This document shows positions 18,592 through 28,934 of a DNA stretch of 63,206 nt, piece by piece. The notes beneath the pieces were generated by a model. That model did not search any database, had not been told where the DNA came from, and was given only the letters and a program-made list of their open reading frames with translations. Numbering within the stretch: position 1 is the first letter of the stretch; every line of letters begins with the position of its first letter. The position numbers were made by a program, and so were the translations under genes. Source of the DNA: an uncultured Succinivibrionaceae bacterium (GTDB lineage: Bacteria > Pseudomonadota > Gammaproteobacteria > Enterobacterales > Succinivibrionaceae); contig CALXOT010000129.1 of NCBI GenBank assembly GCA_944390085.1, positions 1-63,206 on the forward strand, read 5' to 3'.

Positions 18592-18603
18592 AGGCCAGGG
18601 CTT

Positions 18604-19650
18604 ATGACTGAATTTTTAACCCAGGATGAAATCGACGCCCTGTTGCACGGTGCGGACGAGGTAGAGCCTGAAAAAGTTGAAGATGACGGCGGCATCAAGG
18701 TCTTTGACTTTGGCTCGCAGGAACGCATTGTACGCGGACGCATGCCGACGCTGGAGCTGGTGGACGAGCGCTTTGCCCGTCATATGCGCATATCATTGTT
18801 CAACATGATGCGCCACAGCGCCGAGGTGATCTGGATCGGCGTCAAGATGATGAAGTTTGGCGAGTACGTGCAGACTTTGTATGTCCCAACCTCGCTTAAC
18901 ATGGTGCGTTTCCGTCCGCTCAAGGGTACCGCCCTCATTACCCTGGAGGCTCAGCTGGTCTTTATCCTAGTGGAGAATTTCTTTGGCGGTGAGGGCCGCT
19001 TCAGGGCCAAAATTGAGGGGCGCGAGTTTACTCCCACAGAAAGGCGCATCATTCAAAAGCTCCTTAAAATGGTGTTTGAGGACTATAAGGAAGCCTGGGC
19101 CCCGGTGATGGACGTGGAATTTGAATATCTGGACAGCGAAGTCAACCCGTCCATGGCCAATATCGTCAGCCCCAGCGAAGTGCTGGTGGTCAATCATTTC
19201 CACATCGATCTGGACGGTGGTGGTGGTGATATGCACATCGCCTTCCCTTATTCCATGATTGAGCCTATCCGTGAGCTGCTCGATGCCGGCGTGCAGAGTG
19301 ACAAGGGTGATACCGACGTACGTTGGAACCGGGCGCTGCGTGAGGAAGTGATGGATGTGCAGGTCGATCTCAAGGCAAAATTACTCGATACTGAGGTGAC
19401 TTTGCGCCAGATCCTGAATTTTAAGGAAGGGGATGTCCTGCGCATTGACATGCCGGACAATCTGTTGGTCTACGTTGAAGACCTGCCAAGCTATCACGCC
19501 AAGCTGGGGCGCACCAAGGATAAGCTTGCCATCCGCATCAGCGATATTCTGAAACGTCCGCCTTCCATGAAGAGCGATATTTCCTTCATCAAGGGCTCAG
19601 GTGTCAATCTTGATGATGACGATGAGTTTGAAGAGTTTGATGACGATTAA
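18604..19650 (+). CDS. fliM: Flagellar motor switch protein FliM
   Basis: The N-terminal LTQDEIDALL matches the CheY-P-binding LSQxEIDALL peptide. It has a FliM middle domain and a SpoA-like C-terminus, then an acidic tail (DDDDEFEEFDDD). Confidence 0.95.
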   Translation: MTEFLTQDEIDALLHGADEVEPEKVEDDGGIKVFDFGSQERIVRGRMPTLELVDERFARHMRISLFNMMRHSAEVIWIGVKMMKFGEYVQTLYVPTSLNMVRFRPLKGTALITLEAQLVFILVENFFGGEGRFRAKIEGREFTPTERRIIQKLLKMVFEDYKEAWAPVMDVEFEYLDSEVNPSMANIVSPSEVLVVNHFHIDLDGGGGDMHIAFPYSMIEPIRELLDAGVQSDKGDTDVRWNRALREEVMDVQVDLKAKLLDTEVTLRQILNFKEGDVLRIDMPDNLLVYVEDLPSYHAKLGRTKDKLAIRISDILKRPPSMKSDISFIKGSGVNLDDDDEFEEFDDD

Positions 19651-19680
19651 GCTAAGGCAAAAAGAGCAAAGGAGAATGTG

Positions 19681-20106
19681 ATGTCTGACAATGACAGCAA
19701 GTTAGCAGAAGAATGGGCCGCTGCCTTAGGTGAACAGAACAAATCAGGCAGCAGCACGGATGACTTTCAGTCAGCCTCCCCGGCTGCCATTGAGCAGTTC
19801 CAGGAAAATTCGGCGGTATCCAAGGCGCCGCTTACCCGTGAGGAGCGTAAAAAGCTAGATGCCATCATGGATATCCCGGTGACCATCACCATGGAAGTGG
19901 GGCATGCCAAAATTTCCATCCGCAATTTGCTGCAATTAAACCAGGGCTCGGTGATTGAGTTAGAGCGCCTGGCCGGTGAGCCTCTGGATGTGCTGGTCAA
20001 CGGTACCCTGATTGCCCACGGCGAGGTAGTGGTGGTCAATGATAAGTTTGGTATCCGCCTGACCGATGTGATAAGTCAGGTCGAGCGCATCAAGAAATTG
20101 CGCTAG
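19681..20106 (+). CDS. fliN: Flagellar motor switch protein FliN
   Basis: C-terminal SpoA domain (IPVTITMEVGHAKISIRNLLQLNQGSVIELERLAGEPLDVLVNG...). The ATG at 19681 is 6 nt after AAGGAG. Confidence 0.9.
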   Translation: MSDNDSKLAEEWAAALGEQNKSGSSTDDFQSASPAAIEQFQENSAVSKAPLTREERKKLDAIMDIPVTITMEVGHAKISIRNLLQLNQGSVIELERLAGEPLDVLVNGTLIAHGEVVVVNDKFGIRLTDVISQVERIKKLR

Positions 20107-20121
20107 TTTCAGGTAAGCTAC

Positions 20122-20856
20122 ATGAACAGGTTTTTGACAGCAGGGCTCAGGCAGCTTGGGTGGGCTTTGGGCTGTGCCTTGCTTTTGTGCTGCACGGTGC
20201 ATCCTGGCAACGTAGCTCTGGCAGCTTCGGCCGGGGTGGTGGCGCTGACGGAAGCTCCGCCAGCAGCTTCTAAGGCAGCTGAGGCTGCAGCTGTGGATGT
20301 AGTGCAGGAAACTGAGGCTGCCGGTGCGGAGGCTGCCCCGCAGGCGGTCGATAAGGCCGGTCTTGCTACAGCAGGGGGGCTGGCACGCTGGTTTATTTCT
20401 ACCCTGGCTGTGCTGTGCGTGATCCTGCTTATCGCTTATTTCCTGAAGAAAACCCGTTTTGTCCGCACCCGCAATGCGCAGCTTGAAATAGCCAGCATGC
20501 TTTCCCTGGGCCCCAAGGAAAAGGTGGTGCTGCTCAGAACCCATGGCCGAGAGCTGTTGCTGGGAGTGACTGCACAGCAGGTAAACTTGCTTTGTGATCT
20601 GTCGGCAGCTGCATCGTCCCGCAATGTGGACCGGGAGGCTGAGATCTTCAATGCGGCATTACAGGAAGCTGCAGGTAGCAGTGCTGCCGCTACAGTGGCA
20701 GCCGGGACTGAGGCGGGGACTGTTCCCGAGGCTGATCTGGCTGATCCCAGGCAGGGGCAGCAGCCTTCTGTCCAGGACAAGGGGGATGCTGTAGGACTGA
20801 TGACGCATGTGGGGCTGCGGCGGCGCTATAAACAGGACAGGGGAGCTGACAAATGA
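20122..20856 (+). CDS. fliO: Flagellar biosynthesis protein FliO (extended)
   Basis: TM segment plus a conserved [11 protein letters not shown]...ELLLGVT core, positioned between fliN and fliP. At 244 aa it is about twice the typical size, with Ala-rich N- and C-terminal additions. Confidence 0.7.
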   Translation: MNRFLTAGLRQLGWALGCALLLCCTVHPGNVALAASAGVVALTEAPPAASKAAEAAAVDVVQETEAAGAEAAPQAVDKAGLATAGGLARWFISTLAVLCVILLIAYFLKKTRFVRTRNAQLEIASMLSLGPKEKVVLLRTHGRELLLGVTAQQVNLLCDLSAAASSRNVDREAEIFNAALQEAAGSSAAATVAAGTEAGTVPEADLADPRQGQQPSVQDKGDAVGLMTHVGLRRRYKQDRGADK

Positions 20857-21731
20857 GGTTAGGTGCGGGCCTGAACAGGCTTTACCGGGCGGACAGTGCG
20901 AATTTGCAGCCGCCGGAGCCTTTGCAAAGTGCGTGTTTGGAGCACAAGCTGGCGTGCCATAAAAAAAGGTTTGTGACCGGGCTGCTGCTTACTTTATTAA
21001 GCGGCGCCTTGCTGTGGTACATGAGCAGCGCTCAGGCCGCAGATCTAGATATGACCGCCTTTACCGTGCGCACCAATCCCGATGGTACGCAGGATTATTC
21101 CCTGTCCTTGCAGGTAGTCATCTTAATGACCCTGCTGACCTTCCTGCCCTCCATCGTCATCATGATGACCTCCTTTACCCGCATCGTGATTGTGCTGGCT
21201 ATTTTGCGCCAGGCTCTGGGCTTGCAGACCAGTCCGTCCAATCAAATCATTATCGGCCTGGCGCTGTTTATGACTCTTTTTATCATGACGCCGGTTTTTG
21301 ATGATATTTATACGCAGGCCATTGAGCCTTATCTCAATGATGAAATACAGGCCCGGGAGGCCTTTGTGCGCGGACAGCAGCCTCTGCATCATTTCATGCT
21401 GGAACAGACCAGGCTTACTGATATCAATGCCTTTACCGAATTTGCCGGGGTGCAGGTCGACAAACCTGAGGATCTGCCGCTGCGCGTGCTGATCCCGGCC
21501 TTCATGGTAAGTGAGCTCAAGACTGCCTTTCAGATAGGATTCATGCTGTTCTTGCCCTTTCTCATCATCGATCTGGTAGTGGCATCCATCCTCATGGCCA
21601 TGGGCATGATGATGCTCTCGCCCATGATAGTGTCGCTGCCCTTCAAGCTGATGCTGTTCGTGCTGGTGGATGGCTGGACCCTCATCATGGGAACCCTAAT
21701 CTCAAGCTATGGCATCGGGGTGCCGGGCTAG
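20853..21731 (+). CDS. fliP: Flagellar export gate protein FliP
   Basis: Highly conserved FliP core ([35 protein letters not shown]...). It overlaps the fliO stop in an ATGA. The first ~35 aa precede the signal peptide, so an internal TTG near 20937 is an alternative start. Confidence 0.9.
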   Translation: MRLGAGLNRLYRADSANLQPPEPLQSACLEHKLACHKKRFVTGLLLTLLSGALLWYMSSAQAADLDMTAFTVRTNPDGTQDYSLSLQVVILMTLLTFLPSIVIMMTSFTRIVIVLAILRQALGLQTSPSNQIIIGLALFMTLFIMTPVFDDIYTQAIEPYLNDEIQAREAFVRGQQPLHHFMLEQTRLTDINAFTEFAGVQVDKPEDLPLRVLIPAFMVSELKTAFQIGFMLFLPFLIIDLVVASILMAMGMMMLSPMIVSLPFKLMLFVLVDGWTLIMGTLISSYGIGVPG

Positions 21732-21746
21732 CGCAGGAGGAAGCTC

Positions 21747-22016
21747 ATGGAACCTGAAGTTTTCGTTGATGTGGTGCGCAGTGCCTTAGGTCTGGTGGCT
21801 ATCCTGGTCAGTGCCTCTATCCTGCCCTCGCTGGTGGTGGGACTTGCTGTGTCCATCTTTCAGGCGGCGACCTCCATTAATGAGCAGACCCTGGCCTTTT
21901 TGCCGCGTCTTATCATCACCGTGGTGGCCTTGATGTACGGTGCGCACTGGGGACTGGAGAAGCTGATGTCCTTTTTCCAGGAAATGGTTACCCTGATCCC
22001 GCAGGTGGTGGGTTAG
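21747..22016 (+). CDS. fliQ: Flagellar export gate protein FliQ
   Basis: An 89-aa two-TM protein with the FliQ signature (...AATSINEQTLAFLPRL...). RBS AGGAGG. Confidence 0.9.
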   Translation: MEPEVFVDVVRSALGLVAILVSASILPSLVVGLAVSIFQAATSINEQTLAFLPRLIITVVALMYGAHWGLEKLMSFFQEMVTLIPQVVG

Positions 22017-22040
22017 GGCAGCAGCGGCAGGGGCCTTGGG

Positions 22041-22841
22041 ATGACGCTTAATTTTTTGGAACCGGTGCTGCTTGAAGGGCTGGCGGCACTGCTGTGGCCC
22101 TTATGCCGCATCGGCGCCTGCCTGATGGCCATGTTCATCTTTGGCGGCACCACGGTACCGGTGATGGCGCGGGCATTGCTGGCACTGGCACTGACCGTGT
22201 GCATGCTGCCCAATATCCCGGCCCTGCCCCCAGAGCCTTTATTATTTTCTACAGAAGGAATACTTACTACCATCAGCCAGGTGATTATCGGAGCCGGCAT
22301 TGGCTTCATGACGCAATTCCTGGCGCAAAGCTTCATCATCGCAGGGCAGGCGGTGGCGATGCAGACCGGACTGGGCTTTGCATCCATGGTCGATCCGGTG
22401 TCCGGCACCAACGCCCCGGTGGTGGGACAGTTTTTCAGCGTCCTTACCACCCTGGTGTTCTTTGCCCTGGACGGGCATCTGGTATTCCTGCGGCTGCTGC
22501 TTTTAAGCTTTACTACATTGCCGGTGGGGCCTGAGATCTTCACCCCGCAGCAGCTTTCCTATGTTTTTTATTTCGGTGCCACTATGTTCCAGTGCGCACT
22601 GGCCATGGCCATTTCTGCCATCTGTACCATGCTGGTGGTGAACTTCACCTTCGGGGTGATGACCCGGGCTGCCCCGCAGCTGAATGTCTTCTCCATGGGC
22701 TTTTCGGTGAGCATGGTGACCGGGCTTTTGGTCTTGTGGTACTGCCTGACTGCTTTCATGGGAAATTTCTCCAGCGCGATTAATGCGCTGCTTGAAAGCA
22801 GCTGTTCGCTCATCGGCACTTCCTGCTCCGGATTGTGGTAA
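22041..22841 (+). CDS. fliR: Flagellar export gate protein FliR
   Basis: A 266-aa polytopic membrane protein of the FliR family, located after fliQ. Confidence 0.9.
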   Translation: MTLNFLEPVLLEGLAALLWPLCRIGACLMAMFIFGGTTVPVMARALLALALTVCMLPNIPALPPEPLLFSTEGILTTISQVIIGAGIGFMTQFLAQSFIIAGQAVAMQTGLGFASMVDPVSGTNAPVVGQFFSVLTTLVFFALDGHLVFLRLLLLSFTTLPVGPEIFTPQQLSYVFYFGATMFQCALAMAISAICTMLVVNFTFGVMTRAAPQLNVFSMGFSVSMVTGLLVLWYCLTAFMGNFSSAINALLESSCSLIGTSCSGLW

Positions 22842-22961
22842 AGCTCATCAGGCAGCGCTCAGGAGGGATGTCCTTTACTGATTTGCTGCCTTATCTAAAC
22901 AGCACTGCGCAAAGATGAGCGGCTAACCCCCCGTCCTGCAGGGCGGGGAGAAGGCCAGTTT

Positions 22962-24485
22962 TTAGCTGGTGCTTTTGTTAGTCCGGCTGCGGTGGGTTTT
23001 ACCCTTGCAGGGGGATGCCATGCTCTTGCCTTTAGTCAAACCCTCACCTGGGCTCTGACAGTCATTGCTGTCAGCGGTCCCTTGCGGGGTGTTCCCTGAT
23101 TTGCCGAACACGTAGCAGGGCTTGTATTTGCGCTGTGACAGCAGGATGCGTCCTTGCTTGATGAAGTCACGCATCAGTTTGTCCATGCTGCAGATAATAT
23201 CCGGATCGCCGTCTAGTACGAAAGGTCCTTTTTCCTGAACCTGCTTGATGCCGTATTCCTTGACATTGCCGGTGACGATGCCGGAGAAGGCCCGGCGCAG
23301 GTTGGCAGCAAGCTTCCAGGGCGCCTGATCCTTGTGTAGATCAAGCGCGGCCATGCTCTCATGCGTGACTTCAAAGGGAGTTTGTAGTTCAGGCGGGATG
23401 GTCAGAGCCCAGTTATAGCAATAGGAATCATGGATGAGGCTGCGGTGCTCATAGCTGTTTTGCAGCCCTTCCTTGACCAGGGTGGCCACTTTTACCGGAT
23501 CGTCTATCACGATGGTGTAATAGCGGCTGATTTCACTGCCAAAAATACTCTTTAAAAAGGAATCCAGAGCCTCAAAGTAAGGGGCAGATTTGGCATTGCC
23601 GGTTAAAATCAGGGGAATGGGATTGTAGCGGTTTTCACTGCACAGCTTGATGCCCAGGATATACAAAAGCTCCTCTGCTGTACCGGGGCCGCCAGGGAAG
23701 ACCACCAGCACATGCCCCAGGCGCACGAAGGCCTCCAGACGCTTTTCGATATCAGGCAGGATCACCAGCTCTGAGACCATGGAGTTGGGCGGCTCGGCAG
23801 CAATGATGGAAGGCTCGGTAAGCCCGATGCGGCGGCATTCGTTGGCCTCTTGCAGAATATGCCCCATTAAGCTGCCCTTCATCGGGGCTTCCATGATCCC
23901 AGGGCCGCAGCCGGTGCAGATATTGATTTTGCGCAGCCCCATTTCCACGCCCACTTTATAGGCGTAATCGTATTCATCCTGGGGAATAGAGTGGCCACCC
24001 CAGCACACTGCGATGCTAGGTTCGTCGCTTGCGTGCAGTACCCCGGCATTGCGCAGAATATGGAAGATTCCGTTGGTAATCAGCTGTTGCTTATTGACCG
24101 TAAAATTCTCGCTGTCCTGATTTTGTGTGATGAATTTGTGCACACTGTCCTGATAGATATTGATCTGCACGATGTCGCGCAGCACAGCGTACAGATGGCG
24201 CTGCAAGGTGGCGATAATCTCCCCGTCCACTAAGGCGGTGGAGGGGGGATTTATCAGTTCTATCTTAAGACCACGCTCATTCCTGACTACGTCTATTTCA
24301 AAGCTCTGATAGTTTTCCAGTAATTCCTGTGAGTTATCGGTAAGATTGCCGCTGTTGAGCACCGCCAGCGAGCAATTGCGGTAAAGATCATAAAGCTCGC
24401 CTTTTGAAGTATGGGAGATGCTGTCAGCTTCAAGCTGGGTGAGCAGTGCCATGCTACCCTGCGGCCAGACTGCCTTAACGCTCAT
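22962..24485 (-). CDS. ppnN: Pyrimidine/purine nucleotide 5'-monophosphate nucleosidase PpnN (YgdH, LOG family)
   Basis: It is collinear with my recollection of E. coli PpnN (LFRNCSLAVLNSG.LTDNS, ICTGCGPG.MEAPMKG, TEPSIIAAEPPN, FPGG.GTAEELLY, RRAFSGIV.GNVKE). The ATG at 24485 is preceded by GGAGGAAAT; the track start at 24599 is an extension. It carries a ~50-aa basic/Cys-containing C-terminal tail. Confidence 0.85.
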   Translation of the reverse strand: MSVKAVWPQGSMALLTQLEADSISHTSKGELYDLYRNCSLAVLNSGNLTDNSQELLENYQSFEIDVVRNERGLKIELINPPSTALVDGEIIATLQRHLYAVLRDIVQINIYQDSVHKFITQNQDSENFTVNKQQLITNGIFHILRNAGVLHASDEPSIAVCWGGHSIPQDEYDYAYKVGVEMGLRKINICTGCGPGIMEAPMKGSLMGHILQEANECRRIGLTEPSIIAAEPPNSMVSELVILPDIEKRLEAFVRLGHVLVVFPGGPGTAEELLYILGIKLCSENRYNPIPLILTGNAKSAPYFEALDSFLKSIFGSEISRYYTIVIDDPVKVATLVKEGLQNSYEHRSLIHDSYCYNWALTIPPELQTPFEVTHESMAALDLHKDQAPWKLAANLRRAFSGIVTGNVKEYGIKQVQEKGPFVLDGDPDIICSMDKLMRDFIKQGRILLSQRKYKPCYVFGKSGNTPQGTADSNDCQSPGEGLTKGKSMASPCKGKTHRSRTNKSTS

Positions 24486-24685
24486 ATTTCCTCCGCGCCA
24501 GTATTTTTTCCTTGTTTTGCCTAAAAGCATACTGCATTTGACCTGAGTTTTTAAGCATGGCAGTTGCAGCTTTAAGTAAATAAGAGCAGGTTGGAACACA
24601 GAGCGTCTAAGGGCGGCTGCAGCTGTTATAATAGCGCCGGAAAATTTTCTGTGCCGCAGCCTGTATTTTTGAGAAAAATTTTTGC

Positions 24686-25771
24686 ATGACAGACACCCGC
24701 GTTAACTTACTAGATTTAAGCCCTGCTGAACTCAAGGATTTTTGTGTCTCCATTGGTGAGAAACCTTTTCGTGCCCAGCAATTTTTAAAATGGATCTATC
24801 AGTGGGGTGTTACTGATTTTGAGCAGATGACCAATATCAAGAAGGATCTGCGTCAGAAGCTGCCTGAGCTTGCCTGTATCAGGGCCCCTGAAGTAATAGC
24901 AGAGCAGCGTTCTGCAGATGGCACCATCAAATGGGCGCTGGATTTGGGGGATGGGCAGGTGGTGGAAACCGTGCTGATCCCCGAGGATGATCGCAGTACT
25001 TTGTGTATCTCCACCCAGGTGGGCTGTCCGGTCAAATGCTCCTTTTGCCGTACCGGAGCCTCCGGCTTTAACCGTAATCTTAAGGTAAGTGAGATCATAG
25101 GCCAGGTCTTTGCCGCAGCTTCCCGGGTCGGATTTTGTGAAAACAAGGAACAAAAGCCCATTTCCAATGTGGTGATGATGGGCATGGGCGAGCCATTGCT
25201 TAATGTGACCAATGTGCTGAAGGTGGTCGATATCCTGCTTTCGGACTACGCCTTTGGACTGTCCAAGCGCCGGGTCACTATTTCTACCTCAGGGCTGGCT
25301 CCCATTATTGAAAAGCTTGCAGGTAAGGTGGATGTGGCCCTGGCTTTATCCCTGCATGCGGCCAATGATAAATTGCGTGATGAGCTGGTGCCGTTGAACA
25401 AGAAATATCCGATTGCAGAAGTTCTGACCGCAGTGCGGCATTACCTGCAAAAATCCAATGCCAATTGTGGCCGCGTTACCATTGAGTACGTGCTGCTATC
25501 ACATGTTAATGATTCTACAGATGATGCTCATGAGTTGGCCCATTTGCTCAGGGATGTGCCTTGCAAGATCAATGTGATCCCCTTTAACCCGCATGATGGG
25601 GCCAATTACGAACGCCCGAGCAATAGCCGGGTCGACCGTTTTTGCAAGGTGCTCTACGATTACGGCTTTACCGTGATCACCCGTACTACCCGGGGCGATG
25701 ATATTGATGCTGCCTGCGGACAATTAGCCGGGCAGGTAAAGAATAAAATAAAGGTACAGCAGGTAGATTGA
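24686..25771 (+). CDS. rlmN: Dual-specificity RNA methyltransferase RlmN (radical SAM)
   Basis: CxxxCxxC motif (CPVKCSFC), overall RlmN-like sequence, and the conserved rlmN-rodZ-ispG-hisS synteny. Confidence 0.95.
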   Translation: MTDTRVNLLDLSPAELKDFCVSIGEKPFRAQQFLKWIYQWGVTDFEQMTNIKKDLRQKLPELACIRAPEVIAEQRSADGTIKWALDLGDGQVVETVLIPEDDRSTLCISTQVGCPVKCSFCRTGASGFNRNLKVSEIIGQVFAAASRVGFCENKEQKPISNVVMMGMGEPLLNVTNVLKVVDILLSDYAFGLSKRRVTISTSGLAPIIEKLAGKVDVALALSLHAANDKLRDELVPLNKKYPIAEVLTAVRHYLQKSNANCGRVTIEYVLLSHVNDSTDDAHELAHLLRDVPCKINVIPFNPHDGANYERPSNSRVDRFCKVLYDYGFTVITRTTRGDDIDAACGQLAGQVKNKIKVQQVD

Positions 25772-25802
25772 GTGGGCAGGTTCAGTACAAGGACATTTTC
25801 AG

Positions 25803-27608
25803 ATGACAGATAAGCAAAATCATGCCGCAGGGCAGTTGCCCAAAGGACTGCGTAACCGCGGCAAGCGCGCGGAGTTAAGGACGCAGTTTACAGAGCCCAC
25901 GGTGCAGCAAAAGGCTGCAGCAGCGGGGTTCGTGTCGCTTGATCCGGCTCCGGCCGGCGGCATGGCGGCAACTGACAGTGACAATACAGGGAAGATGTTT
26001 CACTCCTCAGATTTCAGTTTAAGTGAAGGCCGTGCCCGCATGGCTCGTGCCCGTCAGCGTGATGGGGCGGCCGGGGCTGAGGACATGGTGGCAGCACCTT
26101 TTGCCGCCAGCGCTGCGCTCTCTGGGCCTGCTGACAGTGAAGAGAGTGTGACTGCAGCAGCTGCGGCGCTTGATTTGGGTGCAGCTGACAGCGGGGCTGA
26201 AATTAATTTAAAGCAATATTCTGCAAGCGCCCTGCGTTCCAATCCGATCATGGAAAACCGGATCGCCAGCCGTACCCAGGCACCGGGACAGGCAGAGCCG
26301 TCAGGACAGCCGCTAGCTGCAGCAGTGCCGCCTGATGGTGATGATCCTGATCTGATCCCGATAAAAACTACCCTAAGTGATGATGAGGTGCCAAACCAGC
26401 CTGGGGCAATTTTAAAGCATGCGCGTGAGATGTTAGGACTGACCCAGCGTGATATCGCGCTGCGCCTGAAGTTGCGGGTCAACAGCATCAGTGACATTGA
26501 GCATGACCGTTTGAACCAGCCTACAGCCGCAGCCTTTGCCCGGGGGCATATTGCCAATTATGCTAGGCTGGTCAATATCGATCCCAAGATCGTGGTGGCT
26601 TTATATGATGAGAATGTGGCAGCCTTGCGTGAGCAGAGTGCGGTCAATACGCAGCGTCAGGTGCGCCGCACCCGTTCCCGTCCGCATTTAAAACGCTGGG
26701 TGTACAGCCTGTTGTTTATCGCCATTGCCTTGGGGCTTGGCCTTAATTTCATTTATTCATCAGATTCTGCTGAGGATAGCGCACAGATCACGGAGCCGCT
26801 GGTCATCACTGACCCGGATAATGGTGCGCAGTCAGGCAGCCTCAATGCGGCTTCAGCGACCACCCAAGGGCAGTTTGCTGCTGGTGCCTCCGGTGAGTTG
26901 CAGGCCGTGCCGGTAAATGAATCTGAAACTGCTGCGGCGGCAGCTGCTCCTGTTGCTGCGCTGTCACGTGAGGAACTTAATGCCAAAAGGGCACGGGAGC
27001 AGGCTGCCGCCCTGGGCAGCAATGAGCTTGAATCCTCTGATCTGCCTGCCCCGGCTCAGGTTGATACCACCGCAGCCCTGATCACGCAGCCGCGGCCGCA
27101 GCAGGCTACAGCGCAACAATCTGCCGCTGCTGCAACTGCAGTAGCAGGAAATGCTGCAGCTGCGCTAGCGGCTGCCCCGGCCGCTCAGCCTGCGGCAAAA
27201 CAGGCAGCAGCCCCTGTAGCTGCAGATCAGGCAGTGCGTCCTGAAATTGTTGATACTCGCGCCTCGGGTACCGAAGTCAGTCTTACCCTGCAGGAACCGG
27301 CACCGGCTCTGTCTTCGACCTTGCGGGATATTTCCGGGCAAGTGCAGGTTAAAAACCGTGACGGCCTGGCCTCGCTCAATTCAGTGAGCGTCAGCGTGAA
27401 GGCAAAGGTTTATCTGCGTGTCACTGACAGTCGCGGCAAGGTACTGGCCGCCGGCAACTATGAGGGCGGTGACAGCGTCAGGGTAACTGGTATTCCGCCC
27501 ATCCGGCTTGAGGTGACGGACAGCAGCCGCATTGCTGTGTCCTATATGGGCGGCAGCCTAAGCATGCCGGGGGCAAAGCAGGTTTCTTTTGTCCTGCCGC
27601 AGCGTTAG
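25803..27608 (+). CDS. rodZ: Cytoskeleton protein RodZ (greatly extended)
   Basis: It has an XRE-type HTH (LGLTQRDIALRLKLRVNSISDIEHDR), a single TM (WVYSLLFIAIALGLGLNFI) and a C-terminal DUF4115-like beta domain (...VRVTGIPPIRLEVTDSSRIAVSYMG). Its position between rlmN and ispG fits. About 200 aa precede the HTH. Confidence 0.8.
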   Translation: MTDKQNHAAGQLPKGLRNRGKRAELRTQFTEPTVQQKAAAAGFVSLDPAPAGGMAATDSDNTGKMFHSSDFSLSEGRARMARARQRDGAAGAEDMVAAPFAASAALSGPADSEESVTAAAAALDLGAADSGAEINLKQYSASALRSNPIMENRIASRTQAPGQAEPSGQPLAAAVPPDGDDPDLIPIKTTLSDDEVPNQPGAILKHAREMLGLTQRDIALRLKLRVNSISDIEHDRLNQPTAAAFARGHIANYARLVNIDPKIVVALYDENVAALREQSAVNTQRQVRRTRSRPHLKRWVYSLLFIAIALGLGLNFIYSSDSAEDSAQITEPLVITDPDNGAQSGSLNAASATTQGQFAAGASGELQAVPVNESETAAAAAAPVAALSREELNAKRAREQAAALGSNELESSDLPAPAQVDTTAALITQPRPQQATAQQSAAAATAVAGNAAAALAAAPAAQPAAKQAAAPVAADQAVRPEIVDTRASGTEVSLTLQEPAPALSSTLRDISGQVQVKNRDGLASLNSVSVSVKAKVYLRVTDSRGKVLAAGNYEGGDSVRVTGIPPIRLEVTDSSRIAVSYMGGSLSMPGAKQVSFVLPQR

Positions 27609-27726
27609 GGCGTCAGATCAGGGAAAGCACAGGAAACAGAATTTTTAAGGCAGGATCTGTGGGCAGTGAGCGGCTATTTGCCCAGGACTCCCGGAGGTTT
27701 TGCCGCATTTTTGCAGGATGATTGAG

Positions 27727-28845
27727 ATGGAATGGAAAGCACAGCCCATAAAGCGCCGTAAATCACGGCAGATCAAGGTAGGTCCGGTGCTGATAGGGGG
27801 CATGGCACCGATCTCGGTGCAGAGCATGACCTCCACCGATACCCTTGATGTGGCTGCCACTTTGGCGCAGATCCAGGCCTTAGCTGAGGCCGGGGCAGAT
27901 ATCGTGCGTGTTTCTGTGCCTTCCATGGAGGCTGCAGCTTGCTTTAAAACCTTATGTGCAGCAAGTAAGGTGCCGCTGGTGGCTGACATTCATTTTGACT
28001 ACCGGATTGCACTGGCCTGCGCTGATGGTGGAGCTGCGGCTTTGCGCATTAACCCCGGCAACATCGGAGCCCGGGCCAAGGTTGAGGCGGTGTGTCAGTC
28101 TGCCCGTGATCATGGCATTCCGATCCGGGTGGGGGTGAACTCAGGTTCCCTGGACAAGGATCTGGTGCAGCGTTACGGTTCACCCTGTCCGCAGGCCATG
28201 GTGGAAGCGGCACTGCGTTCAGCTGAGATCCTAGAGAGCCATCAGTTCCAGGACTATGCCTTTTCGGTTAAGGCCTCGGAGTTAAATCTGTGCCTGGAAA
28301 GCTACCGGCAGCTGGCGGTAAAGACTGATGCCCCGCTGCACCTTGGGATCACTGAGGCTGGCGGATTGCTGGGCGGTACTGTGCTTTCCTCCATTGGTAT
28401 CGGCATGCTGCTTGCCGAAGGAATAGGCGATACCCTGCGGGTGTCGTTGGCAGCCGATCCGGTGGAGGAAATCAAGGTCGGCTGGGCCATTTTAAAAAGC
28501 CTGCACCTGCGCAGCCGCGGGGTGGATATTGTGGCCTGCCCCACCTGTGCCCGCCGCGGAATTGACGTGGTCGGCATTGTCTCTATGCTAGAGCAGCGCC
28601 TGTCTGACATAAAGGTACCGCTCAAGCTGGCCGTCATGGGCTGTGTGGTCAATGGCCCGGGAGAGGCAGCCCATGCCGATGTGGCAGTGTGTGGCGGCGG
28701 CAATGGCAAGTGCCTGGTGTATGAGGACGGACAGCTCATGGGTAAGTTTGCCGCAGACAAGGCTCTTGAGGTGCTGGAGCAGCGCGTGCGGGCAAAGGCT
28801 GCAGCGCCACAGCAGGATCCTGTGCAGATCCCTCAGCAGGCCTGA
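27727..28845 (+). CDS. ispG: 4-hydroxy-3-methylbut-2-enyl diphosphate synthase IspG
   Basis: MEWKAQPIKRRKSRQIKVG...APISVQSMT...ADIVRVSVP...VADIHFDYR...LRINPGNIG match IspG. A start at 27727 gives 372 aa, the E. coli length, with AGGA 8 nt upstream. Confidence 0.95.
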   Translation: MEWKAQPIKRRKSRQIKVGPVLIGGMAPISVQSMTSTDTLDVAATLAQIQALAEAGADIVRVSVPSMEAAACFKTLCAASKVPLVADIHFDYRIALACADGGAAALRINPGNIGARAKVEAVCQSARDHGIPIRVGVNSGSLDKDLVQRYGSPCPQAMVEAALRSAEILESHQFQDYAFSVKASELNLCLESYRQLAVKTDAPLHLGITEAGGLLGGTVLSSIGIGMLLAEGIGDTLRVSLAADPVEEIKVGWAILKSLHLRSRGVDIVACPTCARRGIDVVGIVSMLEQRLSDIKVPLKLAVMGCVVNGPGEAAHADVAVCGGGNGKCLVYEDGQLMGKFAADKALEVLEQRVRAKAAAPQQDPVQIPQQA

Positions 28846-28934
28846 GCAGAAATTTTGGTTTTTAAGCACAAGGCAGGCTGGAAAAAGTCTTCAGGCCTGC
28901 ATCAGAAAATCTATAAAGAGGTTAAAGGACAAAC

